NCBI RefSeq assembly: GCF_000015145.1
Contig: NC_008818.1
Span: 60,001-92,000 of the forward strand
Source: Hyperthermus butylicus DSM 5456
GTDB taxonomy: Archaea > Thermoproteota > Thermoprotei_A > Sulfolobales > Pyrodictiaceae
Direction of reading: 5' to 3'
DNA length: 32,000 nt
Position numbers and translations under genes: made by a program. Shown in pieces: positions 1 through 9,367 of this stretch; within the stretch, counting starts at the first letter, position 1; every line of letters starts with the position of its first letter. Under the pieces are notes generated by a model. That model was not told where the DNA came from. It searched no databases and worked only from the letters and a program-made list of their open reading frames with translations.

Positions 1-70
1 CGGTGCAGGTGGCATAATCCTTGGCCTAATAGCCCTCATAGCTGCAGCGCTAGCGCTTAGGAAGAAGTAG
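1..70 (+). CDS. 3' end of a CDS entering from the left; C-terminal hydrophobic anchor followed by RKK (membrane-anchored/secreted protein, family unknown)
   Basis: Frame 2 reads GAGGIILGLIALIAAALALRKK* with stop at 68-70: TM helix plus basic tail. Confidence 0.6.
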   Translation, partial: GAGGIILGLIALIAAALALRKK

Positions 71-269
71 GTGGTAGGCGAGAGAATCGTTTCACAAGCA
101 TAGCTGTGCATCTGCCTAAGCACATCAACATTTTTCTTCATGCCCCATCATGCATGCTGTGATGTCTAACTGTTAGGCTTTGGAACATTGTATTTCCTTT
201 AGAGTTAATTTGTGCTCAAAGAATTTAGGGTAGAGTAGCCGTTCCTCCCCCTTCTTGGAGGGGGGGTAC

Positions 270-2420
270 ATGGCACCCCGTCTAGCTAGTTTAGCTGCTT
301 CTCTAACTATACTAGCACTCCTAATGCTACCTATTGCGGGGATTGTGCAGGTTTCAGCAACTGAGGAGAAGATCGTAGAAGTGACTATTCCAACACGTGC
401 CGTCAAAGCGGAGCTTGCCAAGGGCTTAATAGTATACCCTCGGCTTTCAGCGCCAGCCTTCGTAGAAGCTGGTGGCACGTTTAAGCTTGTAATCTCGCAG
501 CCTGCCACTGTTGAGAAGGTTGTTATAGACGACGGCTACGGGCACAGCTACGAGTGTAGTGTTGAAGCGATAAGTGATACACTCTACACTGTCAGAGTTC
601 CAAGCGATGCAGTAAAAGGAGTCTATGACCTCATAGTGTTCCTTAGCGATAAGGTTGTCGGTGAACCTCACGCGGTTTATGTTGGCAAATCCTCGGACTA
701 CAATGAGATGTTAATAGTACATATTAGCGATAGACACTTCGGAGTGGTAAATGCTAATGGTAGGGCTGCTGCAAACTATGACCTAGCAGTAGCCGTTATC
801 GCTCTGGGCCTGCCAGCAAACACTATAGTAATAGACACGGGTGATGTTGCAGACACGGCTAACGGCTACGAATACATGCAAAGCCTTGACGTTGACTTGC
901 TCCTCAACAAGCCTCTCATAGGGGTGCCAGGAAACCATGACCATGTAGCGGGCTCTAAACTCTACACGGTGTACAGGGGCCCATTCAACTACACGCTATC
1001 AATCTTCAACCTATACCGCATCGTGGGCATCGACAGTGGCAGCGAGGGCTACATATCGGATGACCAGGCCGAGTGGGCTCGCAGAATCCTTGAGTCCTCC
1101 CAAGAGCCCGTAACGATATTGCTATTCCATCATCCGCACTTCACTCACCTCTACGGCGAAGAGCCAACAGTCTTTAAGGCATCAACAGCCGACGAACTAT
1201 ATGAGATACTTGTATCAAATAAGCCTGACAGCACGTACACGTACATCTACTCAAGCTGGCTGGCAAACAATGAGTCGCTAAAGACACTCATTGAGGGTAT
1301 AATGGCTAACAAGGCTAAGCTGATACTCGTCCTAAGCGGCCATATACACATGGACTCCTATGCCCTAGTAGAGAGACCCGACGGCTCCAAGATACAGTAC
1401 ATCGTTACAACGTCGACGGGCGGAAGTGTCAGGACATACCGTAACGACTATCATGGCTTCAGAATAATCAAGGTAACAGCTGACGGAGGCCTAGAGATCT
1501 ACGGTGATGGCAAGCCCTGGGAGTTGCATGCAAGCTTCAGCACGGAGAACACCACGGTAGCCTATGTAACGGGGAAGAATGCAGTAGCAATGCTATTCAC
1601 GCTAGGAAACAGCAATGTTGCAAAACTCATGGAGAAGACCGTGCTAGCAGTACATGTACCTGAGGAGTTCGAAGGCAAAACTGTAAAGGCACTGTTGAAG
1701 GGCCTTGACCGTGTAGAGCTACGTTGTACACCACTGGGCTGCGTAGCCTACGGGATAGCTGATACACCACCCAAGGTAGGCTATACCTACAAGCTAGTAC
1801 TATACACTACTGAAGACCTGGAGCCCCCATCAATAACTGTTAAGAGGGTTACGCCGAAGTCGCCTACAATAGGTCGCCAAGTATCAATAACCTTTACTGT
1901 TAGTGATGACTCGTGGGGTGTAGCCAAGGTTCTAGTAACACTACAGTACGATGGCAAGAAGGTTGAGCTACTCCCGTCGAAGACTGGTGACGTATACCGC
2001 GTCGTATTACAAAAGCTAAACACTACAAAGGCAGTTGTAACAATAACAGCTATAGATGCTTCCGGTAAGGAGTCCAGCAAGACAATAACAATAGAATATC
2101 AGGCTCCACAACCTGTCGGGGAGCAACCAGCCCAGCAACCTACCGAGCAGCCCAAAGAGGAGATCACACAATCACAGCCAGCAGAAAATATGACTGAAAC
2201 AAAACCGGCAGAGAGTGCTGAGGAACAACCATCGCAACTTGTTGAGCAACCTGTCGAGGAACAGCCAGCCGAGACACCCCCTACAGCTACGACACCAACA
2301 ACACCAACAACACAGCCATCACCAGAAGCTAGCGGACCCAGCACTATGGTGATAGTATTGGTTGCCGTAGCTGTGGCTGTCGGGGCGGCAATATTCCTCT
2401 TGGCAGTCAGGAGGAGCTAG
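270..2420 (+). CDS. Secreted, membrane-anchored metallophosphoesterase (calcineurin-like)
   Basis: Signal-like N-terminus (MAPRLASLAASLTILALLMLP). Metallophosphoesterase motifs ISDRHFG, DTGDVAD, GVPGNHDH, LSGHIHMDS. Pro/Thr/Gln/Glu-rich stalk then C-terminal TM (MVIVLVAVAVAVGAAIFLLAVRRS). ORF extends upstream to a TTG at 255; ATG at 270 preferred. Confidence 0.88.
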   Translation: MAPRLASLAASLTILALLMLPIAGIVQVSATEEKIVEVTIPTRAVKAELAKGLIVYPRLSAPAFVEAGGTFKLVISQPATVEKVVIDDGYGHSYECSVEAISDTLYTVRVPSDAVKGVYDLIVFLSDKVVGEPHAVYVGKSSDYNEMLIVHISDRHFGVVNANGRAAANYDLAVAVIALGLPANTIVIDTGDVADTANGYEYMQSLDVDLLLNKPLIGVPGNHDHVAGSKLYTVYRGPFNYTLSIFNLYRIVGIDSGSEGYISDDQAEWARRILESSQEPVTILLFHHPHFTHLYGEEPTVFKASTADELYEILVSNKPDSTYTYIYSSWLANNESLKTLIEGIMANKAKLILVLSGHIHMDSYALVERPDGSKIQYIVTTSTGGSVRTYRNDYHGFRIIKVTADGGLEIYGDGKPWELHASFSTENTTVAYVTGKNAVAMLFTLGNSNVAKLMEKTVLAVHVPEEFEGKTVKALLKGLDRVELRCTPLGCVAYGIADTPPKVGYTYKLVLYTTEDLEPPSITVKRVTPKSPTIGRQVSITFTVSDDSWGVAKVLVTLQYDGKKVELLPSKTGDVYRVVLQKLNTTKAVVTITAIDASGKESSKTITIEYQAPQPVGEQPAQQPTEQPKEEITQSQPAENMTETKPAESAEEQPSQLVEQPVEEQPAETPPTATTPTTPTTQPSPEASGPSTMVIVLVAVAVAVGAAIFLLAVRRS

Positions 2421-2896
2421 CATAGCTTAGTAACATAGGGAGGTCCAGCCTCAACATACTTTTTTATAAGGAACTCATTAACGTCATGTAATTCAACTAT
2501 GTTTGGTACCGATAAGAATCGATATATGTTGCTACCTATGACTCCTGAGAGGTGCTCTGCAACGATATCTTCAAGTCTGGCCTCTAGCTCTCTTACGTCA
2601 GGCATATTGTTTGTTGAACAGCTAATAGCAAAGTCTATGTCCTTGTCTCCTAGTCCCTCGCTAGGCTCGCCACCGTGCATGTCTAGTCGGTAGACACTAC
2701 AGCCCGCTAGCTGGCAGATACACTCAGCAATAGCTTCGCCAATATAGCGCTTGGTTTGCTGCCACTCAAAGCTATCCCAGCGTGGTCTTTCACTACCCAG
2801 CACTAGGAGTCTCAGAAGCTGTGCGATCTTACTAGAGTACTTGCCAAGTCTATCTTGTACACAGCTTACAATTAGATCCTCGACACCACTTGCCAA
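2417..2896 (-). CDS. Small nucleotidyltransferase-like protein (putative), paralog of the adjacent gene
   Basis: 159 aa; contains GLGDKDIDFAIS, reminiscent of the nucleotidyltransferase GxD/DxD region, then PNIVELHDVNE. Confidence 0.5.
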   Translation of the reverse strand: MASGVEDLIVSCVQDRLGKYSSKIAQLLRLLVLGSERPRWDSFEWQQTKRYIGEAIAECICQLAGCSVYRLDMHGGEPSEGLGDKDIDFAISCSTNNMPDVRELEARLEDIVAEHLSGVIGSNIYRFLSVPNIVELHDVNEFLIKKYVEAGPPYVTKLC

Positions 2897-2964
2897 GGGA
2901 GGTAGAGCCCTAACCTGAGAGCCAGAAGGAGGGGTACATAAAGCTCTACTATTACGCGGGGCGG

Positions 2965-3420
2965 TTACGGGTATATCCTTATAGCGTTGCTTAGAAGCGT
3001 CTTGGACCCGTATATGCCGCGTTTGCTGACGTGTATTTCGAATAGACTTGGTGCAGTTGTATACTTAAGCGCGTCTATCCCGGCTAGGTGTATTAGCTTC
3101 GAGAGTATGGCTTCGAAAGTCTCTGTAAGCTCCTCGGGATTATTGACACGGCTCTCATCTACCACAAGGAATAGATCCACATCCCGTCCCACACCATCTT
3201 CGGCGAGATCAATATAGTATATCTCCTTTATCGCGTTGGGCACGAACTTTGCAAGGCATTTTGCAGCAACCTCGGCTAGCTGACGCTTAAACCGAGCCCA
3301 CTCCAGAAGGTATGTTTCGAAGGGCTCGCCCCTCCTTGGCAGCAGTGGTTTGAGCTTCCGGACGCTCTGTAGACACTCTCCCACGCCGGCATCAACGTGC
3401 TCAAGCTCGGCTGGTCCCAC
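2965..3420 (-). CDS. Small nucleotidyltransferase-like protein (putative), paralog of the adjacent gene
   Basis: 151 aa; contains GVGRDVDLFLVVD and PSLFEIHVSKR in the same order as the neighbouring ORF. Confidence 0.5.
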   Translation of the reverse strand: MGPAELEHVDAGVGECLQSVRKLKPLLPRRGEPFETYLLEWARFKRQLAEVAAKCLAKFVPNAIKEIYYIDLAEDGVGRDVDLFLVVDESRVNNPEELTETFEAILSKLIHLAGIDALKYTTAPSLFEIHVSKRGIYGSKTLLSNAIRIYP

Positions 3421-3554
3421 AGATAGTCCACCAGACTATAGCTTTGCTCAGCAAAACCCCTATAAGCTTTCCCCACAACATTATACATGTTAAATAGTGT
3501 TAGTCGTCTAGATTATAGGCTTGTGGACCACAGCGGGGTAAGGGGGTTCTAGGG

Positions 3555-4454
3555 ATGGTGCTGCTAGCATTGACATATAAGAAGCTCGTGCCAAGAGACT
3601 TCAAAGTATTGCAAGTAATCGAGAGGGAGATGCCACGCTATGAGTATGTTCCGGTAGAACTTATAGAGCGAAGGCTTAGAATGCCTTCGAGCCATGTGGC
3701 TATGAGCTTACAGAAGCTCAACCAGCTAAAACTGGTGAGAAGGAGGCTAGGCGAGTATGTGGGCTACCGCCTAACCTACATGGGGCTGGACATGCTAGCC
3801 ATACACTCGCTTGTAGAGCGCGGTATCCTACATGCATTGGGGGACAAACTCGGTGTTGGCAAAGAGAGCGATGTATACTCTGGGCTAACACCTACCGGGG
3901 AGAGGGTCATAGTAAAATTCCATCGTGTGGGAAGGACAAGCTTTCAGCGCGTTGTAAGAGTTAGAACTTACGCTGCTGATAGGCCATATGCAACCTGGCT
4001 ACAGATAGCCAAGGTTGCTGGGCAGCGGGAGTACCGGGTATTAGAGGAACTCTATCGCGAGGGCGCGCTTGTACCGAAGCCGCTGGGATATAGCAGACAT
4101 GCAGTTGTAACAGAATATCTTGAGGGTGTTGAGCTATACTTGTACAAGGACCCTATAGACCCGGAGTCCATGCTGCAGAGGATACTTGAGACTCTACGTA
4201 AGGCTTACCTAGACGTAGGCATAGTACATGGAGACCTAAGTGAGTATAATGTGCTTGTTGTGATAGAGGATGAGGAGGAGAAGCCGTATATTATAGACTG
4301 GCCACAATACGTTGAGCGAGAACATCCATCAGCAGAGCAGCTACTTCGCCGCGATGTGGAGTACATCGTAAGGTTCTTCCGTAAAAAGTATGGCGTAGAG
4401 GTTGATGCTGAGAAAGCACTTAAATACGTTAAGGGTGAGGTTGAAACTGTCTAG
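3555..4454 (+). CDS. rio2: RIO2-type serine/threonine protein kinase
   Basis: N-terminal winged-helix (LIERRLRMPSSHVAMSLQKLNQLKLVRRR), kinase core LGVGKESDVYSGL, VIVKFHRVGRTSF, VHGDLSEYNVLV, IIDWPQYV. Confidence 0.93.
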   Translation: MVLLALTYKKLVPRDFKVLQVIEREMPRYEYVPVELIERRLRMPSSHVAMSLQKLNQLKLVRRRLGEYVGYRLTYMGLDMLAIHSLVERGILHALGDKLGVGKESDVYSGLTPTGERVIVKFHRVGRTSFQRVVRVRTYAADRPYATWLQIAKVAGQREYRVLEELYREGALVPKPLGYSRHAVVTEYLEGVELYLYKDPIDPESMLQRILETLRKAYLDVGIVHGDLSEYNVLVVIEDEEEKPYIIDWPQYVEREHPSAEQLLRRDVEYIVRFFRKKYGVEVDAEKALKYVKGEVETV

Positions 4455-4599
4455 CGTGTCTCTGGTTTACAGTCCTATCATTAGGGAACCATACTAGTCT
4501 TGACTTATAAAATGAAACAAATATTTATGCTACTGGTTTCCTTGAAGCGTAGACCTAAAAAACGTGTAACAGCAATAAGACTATGTTTGGGTGGTGTAA

Positions 4600-4974
4600 A
4601 TGGCTTCAGCCCCGGAGAATGAGGTAAAAGGTAGGGAGGAAACCATAAAGGAGGGAATTATGGAGAAGGATGGTGTTCTCGTAGTATCCGGTGAGGACTA
4701 TATCTACCGTGTGTGTAGTGCTCTAGCAAGCCCAACGAGGATTAGAATACTCATAGAACTCTTGCGACGTGAGGCAGACATAGGCGAAATAGCCGACATG
4801 ATAGGTCAAAGCAAGGCTAATGCATCTACACAAGTGAGAAGGCTCGAGGAAATAGGCCTAGTACGCTCCGAGTACAAGCCCGGCGTGAGGGGAGTAAGGA
4901 AGGTGGCCAAGACAACTGTTAGAGAGATACGCATAGTACTTGCACCCCCTGAACAAGAAGAACAGCAACATTGA
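4600..4974 (+). CDS. ArsR-type winged HTH transcriptional regulator
   Basis: HTH pattern ALASPTRIRILIELLRREADIGEIADMIGQSKANASTQVRRLEEIGLVRSEYK. Confidence 0.8.
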   Translation: MASAPENEVKGREETIKEGIMEKDGVLVVSGEDYIYRVCSALASPTRIRILIELLRREADIGEIADMIGQSKANASTQVRRLEEIGLVRSEYKPGVRGVRKVAKTTVREIRIVLAPPEQEEQQH

Positions 4975-5063
4975 CAATTAGTCCGAACTGTAAACGCTAC
5001 GAAAGCTAAGTTTATAGCCTGCGCACGTGGCCTCTTTACCCAATACTATGGAGAGTGTTGGTC

Positions 5064-5141
5064 GGGCCCGTCGTCTAGCCTGGTTAGGACGCCGCCCTGA
5101 CACGGCGGAGGTCCGGGGTTCAAATCCCCGCGGGCCCACCA
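5064..5141 (+). tRNA. tRNA-Val (anticodon GAC), CCA encoded
   Basis: Acceptor GGGCCCG (5064-5070) pairs with CGGGCCC (5131-5137); anticodon stem CCGCC/GGCGG with loop CTGACAC; T-arm CCGGGGTTCAAATCCCCG; A73 then CCA at 5139-5141. Confidence 0.96.
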
Positions 5142-5448
5142 CTCATACTCCCCAAATTACCTCCTTGCAGGACATAACATCACGGTAGCGGAAACTCAAA
5201 AGGTAGCACAAGAGTCACCAACACAACACGGGACACAGATTATGAGCATAGTGGACAGCACAGTAAGGATGCTAGAACCCCTACCACAAGCACAAAGACT
5301 AGAACAGGATGAGCGAAAGTAAGCCAGTGGCAAGAGAGGGCGAACTAATAAAGAAGGTTAGTAAGCTAAGTCAACCTAGCTAAGAGGAAAAACACGTCCC
5401 TCCCCTACTAGCCAGGTACTCAAAGCAACAACGGACAGTGCATGACAT

Positions 5449-6246
5449 CTACCTCCTCCGAAGTCTTCTAGCAGCATAGGCTGAGGCGGCAAGCACAGCT
5501 GCAACAGCCGCAAAAGACAGGTAGTCCTCTATGCCTCTATGGAATAACTTGTAGTCCGGTAAGCTCAAGAGTAGTTGCACAGTCTCAGGGTAGGGTTTAA
5601 CATCCTCAAGTAATAGCACATGCGTTCTATTAATTGGCAACTCTATATTGTAACCAGCAACGAGATAGTGGCGTTTAAAGAGTAGTTCGGGCTTACCGTC
5701 GGGAGCAGCTAATATCAACACAACCATGTAGGGATAAGCGTTGCTGGAGGAGACAATGTAGCATCCATGTTCGGGGCACATTAGTGGTTTACCGTTAAAT
5801 ACTGGCTTTAACTTCTCCACAACCTCTTCAGTTAGCTCAATAGTGGAATATAGTGGGAAGAACCCTAACTCCTTAAAGTTGACAACATAGCTACTCTCTT
5901 AGTCCACCACATAGTACGCTTTAATAGAAGTATTTACATTACCATACATTATCTGGTAGTAATCCTCTAAGCTAAGATTTAGTGGCATACTTAAATGATA
6001 GATCCTCGCTAAAACCTTAAACTCGTCAAATGTAGGCCCTCTAAGGATAAGCAATACGGTTGTTTTATCGTCACTAGTATTAGCAATATGCAGCTCAAGC
6101 GTATAGAAGACATTCCTTAACACAGTCTTGTTTTTCGACTTATCAAAGAGTTCAAAGCTGCAGAAATACTTGAGTAACCTAGTGTCCACACCCGGCTCAT
6201 CAGCCGTTCGTGCTTTCACTGTGAGACCGGAAAGGGACAGAAACAA
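5449..6246 (-). pseudogene. Membrane-anchored hypothetical protein interrupted by an in-frame TAA (or a sequencing error); track shows it as two ORFs, 5899-6246 and 5449-5820
   Basis: Stop TAA at 5899-5901 is in the same frame as ORF 5449-5820. The intervening 26 codons (ESSYVVNFKELGFFPLYSTIELTEEV) are open. C-terminal TM plus RRLRRR. Confidence 0.65.
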
Positions 6247-6370
6247 ACATAAGCAGTATGAGGAGTGAGAGAAGGGCTAATCGAAAACCCCTCTCGTGGA
6301 GCTGTACTCCACTCCCCCCACCCCACTACGTTTCCCTTTCAGCTTTCAAGTAGCGTTTAGTTTAAGCTAG

Positions 6371-6824
6371 TCAACCTATGGTTAGGCTTACAACAGACGA
6401 GGCGTCAGGGCTGAAGTAGTGTTTGTCGTCGAAGCATGGTATGCCCGTCTTCTCGATGTATCCATTAGCCTTAAATGTTACTCTTCTTGCTATTATCCGA
6501 TAACAGCTAACATACTCTGTAAACTGTTTTGTCTGACTGTTGATCACTAGTTTGTGGTCGCAAGTCCACCAATCATGATTCTTTATCGCTCTTGCCGTAT
6601 CATATCCTACAGCCCAGTCTCTAGCCTGTGGTATATAGGCTGCAAATATACCGGATGACATTGCTATATATGATGTATGCTATATATGATGTACTACCCG
6701 GCACGAACACCTTTATGCTCACAGTTGCACCACCATAGCTTAGTGCGAGGCTAACATGCCCGATAACGATATCAGGGCCAGGAGTGTTAGCCTTGAAGTG
6801 TGCCCGCCCTCCACATGAACACTT
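6371..6824 (-). pseudogene. Hypothetical protein gene frameshifted by a 16-bp tandem duplication
   Basis: Upstream frame (6824 downward) KCSCGGRAHFKANTPGPDIVIGHVSLALSYGGATVSIKVFVPGSTSYIA joins ORF 6371-6661 (MSSGIFAAYIPQARDWAV...) exactly when one copy of TGCTATATATGATGTA (6662-6677 / 6678-6693) is removed. Confidence 0.6.
6662..6693. repeat. Perfect 16-bp direct tandem duplication (TGCTATATATGATGTA x2)
   Basis: Read directly: tgctatatatgatgta|tgctatatatgatgta. Confidence 0.97.
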
Positions 6825-6949
6825 CTACCAGCACCTTAGCACACTCCAGAGAGAAAATCATGCAACGTATCCATCGTACTGTCCACAGAGCGTCACCACA
6901 TAGAGCGGCTTGGACAAAATTAAGGCTCCTATATCTATAATTCCAGCAT

Positions 6950-7621
6950 ATGATTTTGGTGAGCTTGGTAGCCAGTCTCCAGGTTCACAAGTTCTGGGCA
7001 GTAGCCAGAGAGCTAGGCCTGGACTGCGAGCCCGGCATAATCGAGCAACATTATCGACCTCATGATCGATTGTCCCGTAACTTCTGCCCAGAGGACAGCT
7101 ACCTTTACGACCTGACTGCTATCGAGCAGCCAAAGTGGTGCAAGGGGCCCCGCTACAAGCCGGACAAGAAGTACCTTGAAAGGCTCCAGCGTTGGCAAGA
7201 ATACTGTAACATTGCCTACTATAGCTGTCTCTCAAAGAAGCAGTGGGAAGGACTAACCTACAAGCAGGCTAGAGAGATATGCCAGGCGTACGAATTGATA
7301 CCCAAGCCCGGAGTTTCGATCCCCCTGTTGGCTCCCACACGACCTCAAATAGAAAAATGGGGTAAGAACTGTCACACAACCTATATCGATCTGGGCCGTG
7401 TTCTTGCAGCCTTACTGTGTACGGAGCATGTTGAAGGAGGCCTCTGTACTGATGAGGCTATACTTGCGCGGGACAACTGCTGCAAGTACCTGGTGGACCT
7501 GCACGTGGTCCTAGACCTGGCCAGCAAGGGTGTCTGCAGAAGCCCCGAAGACTGTAAACGGTGGAGCCAGGAGTGCAGGGACCTAGCAAGTGAAGTGTTG
7601 GAGTTCGTCGAACGGTGCTAG
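6950..7621 (+). CDS. Cysteine-rich hypothetical protein (15 Cys in 223 aa)
   Basis: Long ORF with ATG start and dispersed Cys (KWC, YYSC, REIC, NCC, VCRSPEDC, QEC, ERC); no family recognised. Confidence 0.6.
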   Translation: MILVSLVASLQVHKFWAVARELGLDCEPGIIEQHYRPHDRLSRNFCPEDSYLYDLTAIEQPKWCKGPRYKPDKKYLERLQRWQEYCNIAYYSCLSKKQWEGLTYKQAREICQAYELIPKPGVSIPLLAPTRPQIEKWGKNCHTTYIDLGRVLAALLCTEHVEGGLCTDEAILARDNCCKYLVDLHVVLDLASKGVCRSPEDCKRWSQECRDLASEVLEFVERC

Positions 7622-7739
7622 AGCGAGATACTCCAAACGCTAAGAAGGAACGGGTAATTGCAGCTATTCTATTTCTTTTGCTGTGCTAGCAGCGTGCGGG
7701 AGCCGAGAGTCATGGGGAGAGTGTGGAGTGTAGGTTGCT

Positions 7740-8267
7740 GTGGGGCGTGGTTTCTGTGCGTTGGAGGTTCTCGGCGTAGACGCTGACACCCTCGCGGGGC
7801 GGCTCCTTGAGGCAGTGGAGCGCGCCAAGGAGAGACTTGAGGAGTGCCCTAGTGGCGATGCCGAACTGTGCCGCATGCTGCGGAGGAGGCTCGATGAGCT
7901 TCTCGGGGCTAGCAGGCTCGCCATTACCCCCGCACTAGTCGTCGACGAGGAGGGCGAGACCGTCAATGCGTTCTATGTTGAGGGCCGTACGGGGGACACT
8001 GGCTGGATAGTCTTCTCGCCCCACACCCTGGCAGACCCCGACTACGTTGCACACATACTCCTCCACGAGCTTGTCCACGCACTCGGCCTAGAAAACGAGG
8101 ATGAAACCGAGGCACTAGCACTCTTTGCCGAGAACCAAATCGACATCCCGGAGCCTCCGCCGCCAGTAAGGGAGGCCGAGCACAAGCTACGACGGGCAAG
8201 TTGCATGCTGACGGAGCAGGAGATCACAAGCCCGGACATTACGGTGCTCATAGTGGAAGCCCGGTAG
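7740..8267 (+). CDS. HExxH zinc-metalloprotease-like protein (gluzincin-type)
   Basis: Motif AHILLHELVHALGLENEDETEALALF. GTG start at 7740 with an in-frame stop shortly upstream (7731-7733). Confidence 0.6.
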   Translation: MGRGFCALEVLGVDADTLAGRLLEAVERAKERLEECPSGDAELCRMLRRRLDELLGASRLAITPALVVDEEGETVNAFYVEGRTGDTGWIVFSPHTLADPDYVAHILLHELVHALGLENEDETEALALFAENQIDIPEPPPPVREAEHKLRRASCMLTEQEITSPDITVLIVEAR

Positions 8268-8505
8268 ACCACTGGAGTACATTGTGCCGTAATGGCGTAT
8301 GCATGGACTAGAGCTGGATGTCTATCTTTCTCGTTCACCCTTTGTCTTGCCGGGCTGACCTATAGTTCGCAGTATATTTCGGCTACCACGCTAACTAGCG
8401 CTCCTGGCGCTGCGTAGCTTCAGCCACGAGGACGGGGACGGAGCTAGCATAGCTTTATGGGTACGTGTTGGGGCTTATACCTGGTGGGTTGCTGGAAGCC
8501 TTGTC

Positions 8506-9033
8506 AATGCTTGTCGTGCTTCCTCCACGTATAGCCGAGGGGATTCGCCGAGAAGCTGAGAGGCTCTGTGTCCCCCCCAGAGGAGGTTATCGTTGAGGCT
8601 CTCGGGAGGGGCTGGATCCCGCGGACCATGCCCGTGACTATATCGATGTTGCCCTGGCACTACTGGAGCAGGCGAGGAAGGAGCTAGAGAAAGGCGACGT
8701 CCGCCAAGCCGCCGAGAAGGCCTGGGGCGCTGCTGCGCTAGCCGTGAAAGCCAATGCCTGGCTCCGGGAAGGCAGGAGACTGGCTAGCCACGGGGAACTA
8801 TGGACTACGCTGGGAGGCTTGCCAGGGAGCTTGGAGACTGGGTTGCCGACGCCTGGGCCCAGGCCAATGCTATGCATACCTGCTTCTACGAGGGCTGGTG
8901 CACCAAGTGGCACGTAGAGCATGCGCTAAAGAGGGCAGAAAGCTGGTCATGGAGATCAAAATCCGGATACAAACAAACTAGGCCAGCAACCAGGAGGGAA
9001 GGCCGGAGGGGTTGCAGTGTCGGCGTTGGTTAA
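8506..9033 (+). pseudogene. PaREP1/PaREP8-family protein, disrupted by three apparent single-base indels
   Basis: Stitched frames read MLVVLPPRIAEGIRREAERLCVPPEEVIVEALGRGLDPADHARDYIDVALALLEQARKELEKGDVRQAAEKAWGAAALAVKANAWLREGRRLASHGELW-DYAGRLARELGDWVADAWAQANAMHTCFYEGWCTKWHVEHALKRAESW. Shifts fall at the C7 run (8572-8578), the G4 run (8608-8611), and TGG|AC near 8803. Confidence 0.7.
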
Positions 9034-9367
9034 TGCCTTGGGGTATGTGAGGCGTCTAAGCAGCAGGCTTGATAGGGTATGGTAGCGGATACAGTATTTC
9101 CTCCCCTTGTTTTGCGATGGCATGCTTGTTCTTGTCGTGATCCGGCTTGCTTGGTGGCGGTTGGTACTTATGCTTCAACGTGTACTGCTGTAGGGGTTGG
9201 GGGGAGGAGAACCCCGCTGAGCATGGCGTGATGAGGGGCTGAGCGGCGACCCCGCGCGCTGCTGGGCGTGTGGGGGTGAGTTGGGCCCGCACGCTATGGT
9301 TCTTGGGGTTGCTGGTGACATTCTTTTTGGCCCAGGCATGTGGTGGTTCTTGTTTCTGGGGTGTCTT

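Noticed and set aside
9216-9260. CTGAGCATGGCGTGATGA resembling an internal D'/C' k-turn of a C/D sRNA
   Set aside because: No upstream C box or correctly spaced downstream D box; likely chance.
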